This document shows positions 38,709 to 51,284 of a stretch of 64,000 bases of DNA, piece by piece. This stretch comes from Pseudovirgaria hyperparasitica. Its lineage: Eukaryota. A model generated the notes under the pieces. The model searched no databases and was not told where the DNA came from. It was given only the letters and a program-made list of their open reading frames with translations. The DNA lies in NCBI GenBank assembly GCA_010093815.1, contig ML996577.1; one strand, 5' to 3'. The translations under genes and the position numbers were made by a program. How positions within the stretch are numbered: position 1 is the first letter of the stretch; each line of letters opens with the position of its first letter.

Positions 38709-39618
38709 CTGGGGTGAAAGGGGTGTTGCAAATCAAAGACTGTGTTAAGTCAGGAAGATCAGAAATCTGCAGATTACACAGCAGAGTGGAGTAGGGTGTA
38801 AATGAGGAGTGTTCATGGCCAGGATTATCTCTCTATATACTCTCTCGACACCGACATCTACGGACAAGATCTGATCATCTTTGATGTCCTCGTTCAGCAT
38901 CCACATCCACACCAACCTCTTGCCGGACGTTTCCGGATGACGAAACACGCAGAATCCACAAGCTATCAGCATGCACGGCGACATCATCAACATTACATCA
39001 CATAACACAAGCTCTCGTCTCGGATGTATGTCAGGGGCATGTCCACCTGGTGTTGTGGGCTCGTCTTTCTGCGCCTGTCACTGGCTCGCTCCATTATCAG
39101 GGTCCAGTCCTTTCGGTGCTTACTATCAAAGCATGTCCTTGATGCACTTACTGGTAGCCACACACCCGCAGGATCAGCAGTGCGAGTAGTGCGAGTAGGA
39201 CACACGATGCTACAAGATCTCGGCCGCAGCTACAGACACAGCGACTAGTAATGACATCGAAAGTGGGTTGATGTTTCGTATCTTTCGTTGGCTGTGCCCC
39301 CGACTCGAGTACGACCCACATAACATGACGATCACCGCCACTACCAAACGCGTGTGTCCACAGCTGTGGGTATGATTTGCGAATTCTTATGCGCCGTTGA
39401 TCCTGCTAATTCGGCATTTGGTGGTTGTGCTTTTGTTGAGATGGCGTGAGTCGGAACGGACAGGGTGCACAATGATGCAATCTCAGAACAGCCTAACGAA
39501 GGATTCCCTCTATTAAACAACAGTATATGCGTCGAAAGAGCGGACCCTGACAGCCCTTCAATTTTCCGGGTCCTTGAAGGCTTAACACTATCTAGCACGA
39601 ATCTCACGAATTAACACC

Positions 39619-40596
39619 ATGGGAGGAAGAAGCGCAGCCGCAAACAGCAAGGTGTATACCTTGAATAATGGCGTCGAGCTACCAGCAGTTGGATTCGGTA
39701 CATTTGCGAATGAGGGAGCCAAAGGTGAAACCTACACAGCGGTTACTGAGGCTTTGAAGACCGGATATCGACATCTAGACTGTGCATGGTTCTATCAAAA
39801 CGAACATGAAGTCGGTGACGCCGTGCGAGACTTTCTACAAACGAACTCTGACGTCAAACGATCTGATATCTTTATCTGCACAAAAGTATGGAATCATCTC
39901 CACGAGCCTGACGAAGTCAAATGGTCCTTTGAAGACTCTCTCAAGAAATTGAAAACCGACTACATCGACCTTTTTCTTGTCCACTGGCCCATCGCCGCTG
40001 AATCCGACGGAAGTCATATGCCCAAACTAGGCACCGATGGCAAGTATATCATCAAAAAGACTCTGACTGAGAACCCAAAGCCAACATGGCGCGCCATGGA
40101 AGAATTGGCGAAATCTGGCAGAACACGCGCCATTGGCGTATCTAATTGGACCATCGAAGGCCTGAAACAACTGCTCTCATTCGCAGCCATTAAACCTGCT
40201 GTCAATCAGATCGAAATACACCCTTTTCTTCCAAATGACGCGCTCGTCACATTCTGTTTGCAGAATGACATCCTTCCAGCTGCATACTCTCCTTTGGGAT
40301 CTCAAAATCAGGTTCCAAGTACCGGTGAGAAGGTGCGGACTGACCCAACACTGAATGCAGTAGCCGAGCGCAGTGGGAACTCACTTGCGCAGATTCTGCT
40401 GGCGTGGGGTCTGAAGAGGGGATATGTGGTGCTCCCGAAAAGCTCGACACCGGCACGGATACGGAGTAATTGGGAGATTCCGGAACTAAGCGCGGAAGAT
40501 TTTGAGGCGGTGGAGGGGGTAGCAAAAGGGAGGCATACGCGGTTCGTCAACATGAGGGGTACGTTTGGGTATGATGTGTGGGCAGACGAAGTTTGA
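39619..40596 (+). CDS. gldB: Aldo-keto reductase, NADP+-dependent glycerol dehydrogenase (GldB-type)
   Basis: GFGTFANEGAKGETY, HLDCAWFY, TKVWNHLH, LVHWPIAAE, AYSPLGSQNQVP, LPKSS and RFVNMxxTFGYDVW, all characteristic of the Aspergillus GldB / Penicillium keto-ester reductase subfamily. Confidence 0.85.
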   Translation: MGGRSAAANSKVYTLNNGVELPAVGFGTFANEGAKGETYTAVTEALKTGYRHLDCAWFYQNEHEVGDAVRDFLQTNSDVKRSDIFICTKVWNHLHEPDEVKWSFEDSLKKLKTDYIDLFLVHWPIAAESDGSHMPKLGTDGKYIIKKTLTENPKPTWRAMEELAKSGRTRAIGVSNWTIEGLKQLLSFAAIKPAVNQIEIHPFLPNDALVTFCLQNDILPAAYSPLGSQNQVPSTGEKVRTDPTLNAVAERSGNSLAQILLAWGLKRGYVVLPKSSTPARIRSNWEIPELSAEDFEAVEGVAKGRHTRFVNMRGTFGYDVWADEV

Positions 40597-40906
40597 GAAC
40601 GTGAGAATGCGAATCTGATAGGTTTTCTCCTACCTTTCGACTTGCATATATGCTCATACCAAAGATCAATGTGCATGAAAACCGTGACATGCTCCTCCCT
40701 ACATCGCTGTCGCACCATTGGCCATACATACACCATCCTAGCCTAGAGTCTCATGAACAAATAGCAATTGTTGGCAAAGACATCCTAGCCGCAACTACCA
40801 CCACGGTAGATAAGGTACAGCGATATATCGCAACACCGATTCACTAGCAATGTATTCTCAGCATCGAAAGGCACATGCTGCGTCAGTCTATAGCAACAAG
40901 ACCCTA

Positions 40907-40934
40907 TCCTGTCCTGTCCTGTCCTGTCCTGTCC
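40907..40934. repeat. (TCCTG)5 pentanucleotide microsatellite
   Basis: tcctgtcctgtcctgtcctgtcctgtcc. Confidence 0.9.
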
Positions 40935-41560
40935 GCACACACCAACGTTAAGCCCCTGTCATCCATCTAACAACCATACACTACACACCTTCACCTCCCT
41001 CCACTGAGACGAGGACATGATGCCCTATACAAACCAGTCTTAGTGCAGCTAGTAACAAAAGCCACCACTAATGCGTAGCCTGCGCACACATCTGTATCCG
41101 ATTCGTACATGCGTCAATCTGTCTACTATGCACTGCCTATCTGTCTGGTTGTACGCCACCCTGCCAGCACTTTGCGGTAGTCGTCTGTATCTGCATCCAG
41201 TCTTGATCCTGATAATACCCGTCTACCAGCCTATGTGTCACACATGCGTGCGGGTGTGCATACGTCTGTCTGTGTGTCTGTTCACATCTTTCCCAGCTCT
41301 CTTCCTCTGGAATACGTCGCAGTAGTTATGTGCAGCTATATCTATAGTTATCTGTAGCTAGTTATGTATGACGTCCCGAGCCTCGTCCTCGTGCTTATCC
41401 GCCCTCCCTAGCGTGTCCGTCCTCTACATTTCCTCTCCAGATGCCGCGACGTGTCATGATATGACGTTTCGAGCGTCCTCATTCCCCTTCTTTAGCGGCA
41501 TTGTCACTCATGTAGGTGCATCGGAGTGGTACTCCGTCTCCATCTGATCTCCTGACCCCA

Positions 41561-41603
41561 GCTGCACCTCCGTAACCGCTGCACCTCCGTAACCGCAGCA
41601 CCT
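41561..41603. repeat. 17-bp tandem repeat, about 2.5 copies
   Basis: GCTGCACCTCCGTAACC x2 plus GCAGCACCT. Confidence 0.85.
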
Positions 41604-43361
41604 ACATTCCCGTATCCATGCACCGTCCTCGCGTATTAACCCCCGATGTTGCACTGCAGACATATATAGTGCCGTCCTGTCCGGCTACGTCCCGTACTGC
41701 AGCTATATATGCATCACGGCCACCACTATACTAGTCCTGTGCTACACTTTACTACGGATCATCCTGCAGGCCTAGTGGTACTGGTACTCTGCAGCGCTGT
41801 ACCATGCTGCGTTGGCACTTGGCACCTGCACCTAACAGTTTGACACTGGCGATCGCGTCGATCTTGTAGATCCGGGTGGTCCGGATGATCCTACTGCGAC
41901 GGCGGGTATGGGGAGTAGTGGGATGAATGATGGGGAGAACTGTAGATGAGAAAGATACGATGGATGACTCGGTAGATAAGGGTTGTAAGGGCGGTGAGGA
42001 TGGACAAAGGTCGCAAGCGTAGAAGCCTTGCCGGGCACCGGCCGTAACTCCTGCATTTGCATCTGTCGCTAATCACGTCAATGTCATGTCGTTGATCAGC
42101 ATGGTCGTCGTCGCCGTCGTGTTCATCGGATTCGTCGTCATCTACACGAATGGCCTCCCTCGTTTAGTCCCCTGTATGTGCACGGCTGTCCTCTCCATCT
42201 CTATACCTCCATACTGTCTTACCGAATCTTCCTAGATTTTCAACCGAGAATAACTATAGTTTGTAAGATTAGCTATGTAAATAGAAGTTTCAGGGCAGTA
42301 ACGAAGAGCCCCGATATCGGAATCAAAATTAGGTAGAGTATCCCGCAAAGAAATATAAGTGCTACAAGACGCCTTGATCGATCGATTGATGAAGAGGAAT
42401 CGAGAGGGCGTAATGCAGCCGGTCGGCCAGGGGAATATAGCCAGTAAGAGGGCATAGCGACGGAAGCGTCATGCACGCTTCCTCAGCCCGGCCCCATGCG
42501 CGCCATTGCAACCAGCCAGGGCAGTGTGCTCATTGCTCACTCACTCACTCACTTGACTGACTGACTAAACTGACCTGACTGCCTGCTTTCGGAGGTGTGA
42601 GAGGGGGGGGGGTGTAGGGGTAAGGGGGGGGGATATGGGTGTTGACTGGGGACAAGCGAGCATTAGTCGCTGCAGCACGATTGAGCCAAGCTACCATTTA
42701 CCAGACTTTCAAGTTTGCTAACCATCCCACTACCTCTTTAACTGCCTACCACTAGTCCCAATATAGACTAGCACTCAAGTCAAGCTCGCAAACCTGCCCT
42801 CTGCCCTGTCTGGCTCCGAGCTTCTTCTCGTCGCCGTGCTGTGCCCGCGTTTGGCTTCCTGATGTTGTCCTGGAGACCTCTTTGGGTCCTCCAAAAACCC
42901 TTTCTAACCTCGTTTTCCTCCTCTATAAGCTTATTGCTTCGTCGTCGTCCTCGTCCACCTTCTCGCCTGGTCTCTTGGGTTCGCTTGTCTGTCTGGCTTG
43001 GAACATCAGCCATTGGCAATTGCAAGCAAGGAAGAAGGAAGGACCTGGACCAGAACCACACCCCCCCTCTCGTCATATACCACGACTCCACCAGCTCTGT
43101 CACACCAGATGCTCGACTGACGACCTCGCCGACTCTCAAACGTATTCCAGCTTTCCTCCAGCATCTTACTCCTCAGTCTTACGCCCTATTGGACCTCCGT
43201 TCCTCGATTCCGCCATCCTGATTAGCTGCAGTATTACCAGAGCTCGACAGCACGCCTCCCCACAACTAAAGCTTCCACGTACGAGCACTTTCGTTACCGT
43301 CGAGACTTGACTGGACCATCGGTACGTTACGACGTACTGGAAGGAAGGGTCTTGAGCAATC

Positions 43362-45309
43362 ATGGAGTTTTCATCGCCGTTGGCTGCCATGCGGCCGCCC
43401 CAGCATCCTTCGAATTGGCCCTCTCGACGAGACCTCCCCACGAGCTTCGCTACAAATCTACAGTTCAAATGTCCGCCAAAGACCAGCTTCGACTACTTTA
43501 CCGTAACGCCTGTCCGAGGTTCATCTCCAGCAGCAAGCTTAGCTGCAGATCTGTCGTCAAACTTCCATATTGACCAAAGGTGACTATTTATAATTATTCT
43601 CCGAGCCGCGCAGCCAAGATTAATAATTTCTATAGTCCTCAATTCGCTACACCTCGACGGTCGCTTTTCACCTCGAATCTGATAACAAACCATGTAACTC
43701 CTGGTAGGATACTTGCTACTCTGAACTGTTGGGAGTCTAAGGCTTACAATATGGCTTCAGTGGCAGGAACGATAACACCCCCCGTTCAATGGGAAGGCGG
43801 AGTCACTCCCCCGATCCTTTCTTCCCCATCCGCAGATCTCATGGACATCTCGCCGCTACCACACAAAGCTCCCTTCTCCATCATCACTCAACTTCCGCCC
43901 CAGTCGTCATCCCTGGACCTCACGAGCCACGATGAGGACATGCTATCACCATTGACAGCACCGGACAGACCTGCATTCGAATTCCCTGCTCGTCCGGTGT
44001 CTGCACAGGAGTGAGTGAACATTAGAATGGATGGAGCTTTGTATCTAATTGTGTTTCAAGGAAGAGAAAACCATTCGCGCTTCGACCCTCGCTTGCCCGA
44101 GCAAAGAATCTATCTACCACTACAACTGCACTGAGAGAGAAGGAGATTTCGAACAAAGATAGTCTGCTCAACTTTGGATCGCAAATGCAAGGTCGTGCTC
44201 AAGGGGCTGCTCTGCCTGATTCACTCTTTGCCGAGTCACCACCGCGGGAAGGTGGAGGATCATGGTTTCAAAATAGCCCAAACGTACTTGCCACTAGAAG
44301 ACAGCGCCCTCTCCCGCAGCCCTTCCAGCCTGCTAGAGGTTCTTCATCACCGTATGATGGTGCCATTCGGAAACCAACAGCCGGTCCCCCTTCGAGACGG
44401 CCTACCAAGTTCCGAAGATCGTTGAGCATGTTTGAAAACCCCGCTGATATCATGAAGCAAGATAAGGAGGAATACAAACCTAGCTCACTCCAGTCCGTCA
44501 TGGATGTCGACGACTCCCCCGGCCTGGCATTACCTCACTTCATCCCACCCGATGAACCTGACAGTCTCCCTAGGATTACCGGAGAGACCTTGGTAGAGGT
44601 TCTCAATGGAAAATATAGTGGAAACTTTCAGAAACAGATGGTCATTGATTGCCGGTTTGAATATGAATACGAAGGCGGTCATATCGATGGTGCGGTGAAC
44701 TTTTGCGAGAAAGACCAACTTTTACAAAACTTGTTCGAAACGGACAGCTCAGATGGCTCTTCTAGATCCTTGTTGATCTTTCATTGCGAATACTCTGCGC
44801 ATCGTGCACCTCTCATGTACGTCTCTATCATGTGTCACACGTCTTATTATATGCTAATGGGAAGCAGGGCCAAGTCGATACGAGCCAAAGACCGTATGGT
44901 CAATGAAAATCGATATCCACATCTCTCATATCCTGAGGTCTATATCTTAGATGGCGGTTACAGCTCATTCTTCACTTTGAATAGGGAACGGTGTTTCCCG
45001 CAATGCTACACCAAGATGGACTCCAAGGGGCACGAAACAGCCTGTGAAAAGGGCATGAATAAGCTCCGCCATCGCAACAAACTCCACCGCGCCCAAACCT
45101 TTGCCTTTGGTGAAGACCACTCCCAAGATAGTCCAACAAACCAGGGTCGCGTTCGACCTGGACGGCCTTTCAGTCGCTCAAATCCGACCGACGACAGCTG
45201 CTTTGCAGCCAGTAACAGTACCAAACAGCTGCTAGAAGACAGCTCCATTCTATCAGGCACATCGTGGCAGACGCATCGACAAGGCGCACGTAGGCAAGTC
45301 TCGTATTAA
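43362..45309 (+). CDS. cdc25: M-phase inducer phosphatase Cdc25 (nimT/Mih1), 5 exons
   Basis: MEFSSPLAAM start, SLAADLSSNFHID, IDCRFEYEYEGGHI, catalytic FHCEYSAHRAP, YPEVYILDGGYS. Introns at about 43580-43636, 43695-43760, 44011-44060 and 44817-44867. Confidence 0.95.
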
Positions 45310-45900
45310 GCGCTGCATTTTACAGGCGTTCCATCATCGTTTGGCGTTTGGCTGTCATTGGGCACTATTTCTCTTTTGTTTTATTCCCCCGGCTATACGC
45401 CGACAATTCTTTGGAGCAATGGATTGCTACCGATTCAAACATTCTTGTGGCACCCAAGAGGGTCTCACGTTCATTCCGATACACATATGAGGCGAGCTAC
45501 TATCTCCAGCGGAGGTAGCGGCAACTTCATAATAATACCTTTAAGATACATGACATTACAACTTACACAACTACTGTTTGTTTGAATGCGGTTACGTGGC
45601 CAGTGGTGAAATTGCTCATCTGGAACGAATAAAGACTTGTGCCTTGCGTTTTGATTAGATCTGAACCTAGAGAGTTCTTGACTGCGGCACACGACTCAGC
45701 CAAGTCCTGGCCTGGTTAGGTCATTTGCCGATGCCCCGCCATGCCCCACCCCCACCATGCGCGTCTCCCGACCGCACCGTTCCGTAGAAAGAAACTTTCC
45801 ATTCCAAACCCCAGGCTCCGAACCATTGAACACTACCAAGAACCGCCCTTCTTCCATGACCTGACCCTTACCCCTCAATGACGCTCTCGGTAGTCACACC

Positions 45901-46668
45901 ATGGACATTGACGACATCCTCGCCGAAGTCTCCTCCGCCGCCCTCATCGCTCCAGGAACACGCGACCTGCACGCGCTGACACGCGCCTGGGTTGCCGAAC
46001 GCGTCGCGCCCGAGCTCCTCCCGTATCCCACCCCTTTGCTCGACCGCGTCCTGGCAAGAATATCGGAGCAGGTGCGGAGCGTGGAGGATGGCATGGCGGG
46101 CGGCGCGGACGGGCTGGGTGGCGCGGCGACGGGAGGGGCGGACAAGGAGAAGTTTCGTCTGATTGTTGTGCAGACTGAGTTGGAGCGGTGGAAGTTTTTG
46201 GTCCGGGGCTTGTTGAGGGCGAGGTTGAAGAAGGTGAGTTGAGTCTTTGGACTTGCGAGGCATGGCGTGAGAGGAATCGGTAGCTGACTGTATGGTGAAA
46301 TGAACCCATAGATCGACGCGCATCCGTATCATATCCTCAATACGCCAGACGTCCTGGCAAAGCTGTCGACGTCGGAAACACAGTACCTACGAGCCCATCA
46401 GGCGCTACTGGCTGCACACTACAAGTCCTCGTTTCTGGGCCAGTTCCCGCCTGCGCTGCAGCGGCTTGATGATACGGCTGGTGGTGTTAGCATGATTGAT
46501 GCGCCGGATGTTGACAGTGCGGTGTTTGTAAGAGCTGTGAGAGATGTGGGCTTCATCACGGTGGAGGGGACGGATACGGAGTTTGAGATGAAGAGGGGAG
46601 ATGTTTGGGTTGTACGGTGGAGGAGTGTGAGGCAGGCTGTGGAGAGTGGGGACGCGGAGTTGATTTGA
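45901..46668 (+). CDS. SLD5: GINS complex subunit Sld5, 2 exons
   Basis: MDIDDILA...[18 protein letters not shown]...[25 protein letters not shown]...[14 protein letters not shown]...GDVWVVRW; intron 46234-46311. Confidence 0.93.
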
Positions 46669-49087
46669 TATGAAATGGGCATGATTCGAGACGCAAGCAT
46701 TCATTGGAGTAACAGATGGGACGCATAGCGAGTTGACGCATTCCAAGAGCGTTTGATAACGGAAGTAGGATGGACACATACGATACCCATCATGGGTGCA
46801 CAAATGTCGGTTCTTCGTATGACAGGGCGGAGATGTCGAAAAGTGCATATTCGATGACAGGAGCTACGAGCTGCTCAGATTGGCTTCTAGCCACATAACC
46901 TGCGTGGCCCATGGGAGGTAGTCGGCCCGGCAGCAGAATGCACAGAAAGAGGTAGACGAGCACTAGGCATGAGACACATGATCTCTATTCTTGAACCGGG
47001 AGGAATGCAAGCAATACAAACATATCAACAGCTGTTACCTGGACAAATAGTGTTACCCACAACCTCATGCATTCTCGAAGACAATCCTTCGTCATCCTTG
47101 GTGAGCGATATAAATCCTTGCGGACCGTATTGCCCCACCCTAAGTTTCACCGAACAAGTCGTTCATGGATGACTGGGCATCTTGAACCATTGTTTCATTC
47201 ATGCTTTTTTTCGATAACGAAGACCGGGTCTTCCTTGATCTAGACGTTGTTGTGTATGTTACTATATCTGCACGTCGTAGTGGAGTCTAGACCCCATCCC
47301 ATGAGCGCTATTTATCATACAGGCCGGACGTCATTGGGAACCAAACTTCGCTCTCGTAGCCAAGTACAACGTCGCAAGCGGATCCGTCGCGGCTTTGACC
47401 TCAGCTTCGGCATTGTATACACTGTCAAGAATGTTAGTAGCCGGCTCAGTCTTGTACCCGTGGACGCAACCTCAATCCTGGAATAGAGGATCAAGCCGGA
47501 TACTGGAAACATAGACCTGCTCGTGCACTGCTTCGGCAGAAGTGCAGAATCCCATCAGGCAACAAATTCATCGTCAGGCACCACGAAGGGGCGTGCTCAG
47601 AGAGAAGGTGAAGTCTGGGAGTTGTGCAACGCTAGTCTGTATATGGCAGTTCTGGGTCAAGTCACGGGATACGCTAGTAGCTGTGGCACGAGCGCCCTAA
47701 GCGAGATTCCAATTTTCTATAAGAACTCGCTCTCCCTCTTTCTCTCTTCCTTCTTTTTTCTTTAGCTCTCTTTGCCTTGTATGTTCCTCCATCAAAGTTT
47801 CAACTCCCAAACGCATTTGCTAACCTCTCATCACAGTTGGCTTAGATCAAGTGTAGTATCTGTTCTTTTCAGTTTAATCGCTGAAATGTCACTACGGTGA
47901 CGTTTACTCGATTTAAACTCTTTTTGGATCTCGTCGGAAGACCGCTGGGCTTGCTCATGTCTTCTGACACCGTGTCGCTTGTACCATTGCACTACCGCAA
48001 GCCGACGCAACCTTTTTTCATTGCCTTTTGGCCTTTGTGCTGATGGTCAGAGAAGAAATTCTATCTCATCCGTCCCAACCTGCTTGACAGCTCAACTGCG
48101 CCAACTAATTACCTTTCGACCACGTCATCGAATTTCGTCAAAGCTGAATCTGACTGCAAGAAAAGCTGCGTCCACAACTTTCGGGACAAGAACAAGTCCT
48201 GTGCGCTTCTGCAGCTAAACGACGGGCCGTCGCTGGTGTCGTGTGGGCTGAGCACAGTCGTGCTCGGAAATATGTGAGCGGAAATCTGGCATCGCCCATG
48301 CCCGCGCTATTCGGACTCTTTTCATTTCTACGCGCCATATGGGTGTGTGAAATTTCCGTCGGAGTGAGTGCCTAGTTGCTGTTGGAACTTTATTGAGCTC
48401 ATGCTAACAATTCGCCGAGCCCGTATTCTCGTATTTCCTCGGGATTCCATCTTGCTCTGTCCGCCGCGTGCTCAGGCCGTCCATAAACTGTATACCCTTT
48501 CATCAAATAATACTTGACGATCACTTTCCCCGTCGCGTTGCTTTAGACTGCTTGTGGTTTTCGCTCCGATGTCCTGCTGTCATCAGAGCCACTACTGCAA
48601 CGATGAACTCCTAGCATGCAAACGCCAAAATTATCCTCGAGGGACCAAACGCTGGTACGCAGGATAGCAAATCGGAGTCTCGAGGAAGACAGTCAGAAAA
48701 GGACTCTTCTCGTCCCGCCAAGCGCCCCGTACACATGTCAACAGCTCGAGCTCCTAAGCGAATGAATAGCAGTCTTATCTGACCCGGACATGGCTGCTTT
48801 GTGGTATAGCCCAGAATTTGGGGCGAAAGATGCAGAGTTTATGAATGTGTAGACAGCTGTGGCACAGTTGGACAAGCTTTGAATGAAGAGAAGATGGGCG
48901 CGCTGTTCTTGGGATCATGCATGAGTGTATACAGGAGACGCTCGTAACATGTTGGCACGGCGGTACTTCAGCTTCAAGGTCGACTGATGTTTCGAGAAAG
49001 AAGGGCAAGAGCACGTCGAATGAGATGAGATACCCATTCAATCCATCTTTGGCCTGATAATTTTCGTTATGCGATGAACCACCCTAT

Positions 49088-50972
49088 TTACAGCCTGGCC
49101 TTTTCGTCCACCACATCCCTCACACAAACCCCCCTCTCCCCGCCTCTCTTCCTCTCCCTCAACACCCTCCTCAGAATCTTCCCAGACGCACTCTTCGGAA
49201 TCTCATCCACAAACTCAATCTCCCGGATATGCTTATACCGCACCTTCCTCCCCCTGACAAACGCCATAATCTCCCGCGCGGTGTCCTCATTCGCACACAC
49301 GCCTGGCGCCACAACAACAAACGCCTTGGGCAGCTCGCCCGCGTAGTCGTCTGGAATGCCCATGACGGCGCAGTCGGCGACGCTGGCGTGGCCCTGGAGC
49401 AGGTCCTCGAGCTCGGCGGGCGCGACGCCGATGCCCTTGACTTTGATCATTTCCTTGATGCGGTCCACGATCTGGACCATGCCGTCGGCGTCGAAGAAGC
49501 CTGAGTCGCCCGTGTGGAGAAAGGAGTCTGCGTCGAAGGTTTCGGCGGTGGCCTTTTGGACTTGTTATTTTGTGTTTTGTGGGAGAATGATGACGGTTGG
49601 GGCTTAGGGAAGACGGGTGGATTCATATACCTTTTCGTTGTTCAAATAGCCCATTACAATCTGGGGCCCACGGGCCAGTATCTCGCCTGGCTCGCCGATG
49701 CCAGCCTCGGAGCCGTCGTCCTTGATGACTTTGACCTGGGTGTTTGCCACGATCTTGCCGCCCTTGTGCGCGTATTTGAAATCGTACCAGCCGAACGGAT
49801 GGCAGGTGATGCAGCTGCAGCTCTCCGTCATGCCATACCCTTGTCTGAAGCCGCAGCCGGGGAACCTCTTGGCTATCAGCTGGAGGATCTCGGCGGGTGT
49901 TGGGGCGGCGCCGGAGAAGACGCGGCGCACGTGCTTGAGGTCGTACTTGTCGACGATGGGGTCTCGAGCGAGGCGGATGACGATGGGAGGCACGAGGAAG
50001 AGGTCTCGGATCTTGTACTTCTCGATCGCGCCGAGCATTGTGTCCATTTTGAAGCCTGGGAGCATGTATATCTCGGAGTTGGCGAGGACGGGAAAGTGGA
50101 TGAAGTGTACGAGGCCTGATACTGTGTGGCGCTTCAGTCTTGCGGTCCCGCGCCACGCTGACCCTATGTATGTGCAATCGACTTACTGTGGAATAGGGGG
50201 ATGACTGCTAGGATTTTGTCGTAGTCTGGTGCACATACTTGGTGCAGCTGCATACACTGTGCAATCATGTTCTGGTGCGATATCATCACGGCTTTGGGCA
50301 ACCCGGTCGTACCGGAACTGAAGCTCAAAAACCCGCACACATCGCCATTCTTCTTGCCTGCTGGCAGTTTGAACGCTGGGATCTGGCCTGCTTCGCCATG
50401 ACTCTTTCCCAGCTCTATCAGATCCTGGACACTGGCGAAGCCGTCCAGTCTGCCCTCGAGCAAGAAGATCCTCTCCTTGGGGAGTCCCGCTGCCTTTGCT
50501 GCTTGGAGCGCAACTTCCATGGATGCTGCGGTGGTCATGAGATACTTTGAGTCTGCCGTCTTCAGGGCATATGTCATTTCCTCAGCATTGTATGCCGGAG
50601 ATGCACCCGAGATCTTGGCGCCGGCTCGGATGCCGCCAAAGAGAGCAATCGGGTACCATATCGAGTTTTGGCTGAACAGAGAGACGGTGTCGCCGGGCTT
50701 TAGACCGTGGTTCTTGACCAGGGCAGTCGAGAGCCAGGTCGAGTAGTCACGGGCTTCGTCGTAGCGGATTCGCTGGCCGGTAATGGCATTGGTGTAGCCG
50801 GCGAGTTTGTTCGGGGCGTAGCGTGTTACTGGCGAGTATGGCGAGTCGAATAAGAAATCCCAGTCGGTGATGTTTCGCGGGACTGAAATTCATTAGCAAT
50901 TCATTTCATTCCACTTTGCGATGCATCATTCGTACTGTCAAGATCAGGCAGATCTGATGTGAAAAGGACCAT
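49088..50972 (-). CDS. 4-coumarate-CoA-ligase-like acyl-CoA synthetase with peroxisomal PTS1 (ARL)
   Basis: AMP-binding FSSGTTGLPKA, QGYGMTE, FLHTGD, DRIKEMIKVKG, PKSASGKIL; C-terminal -ARL*; three introns. Confidence 0.92.
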
Positions 50973-51284
50973 GCTGTACGAGATGTATATATACCATGCT
51001 AGAAAGTGACTTACAAAAGCTGAGTCCCAAAACATAGAAACCCTATATGTACATCCTAACCTTAGCATCCCCTCAGTTGCTCTCCGGTATCCTCGGCCAA
51101 CCTTCCGCATAACGTTGTGGCTTCGGAGGCTCCTGTGGCTTTCCCACGCAAGCATCTTGCCGGGAATGTGTAGTTACCGGCCGCCGCCACCACATTAACT
51201 CCCTCTTAACCCCGCAGTCCTGTCCCGCTTCGAGCACCGCTTGCATGCGTTATAAACTGCCAGATACGCCACACATACACAAGA

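Noticed and set aside
47880..48780. Possible F-box-like remnant (LFSLPF..) with intron-like signals
   Set aside because: Early stop after the ATG and too fragmentary to support a call.
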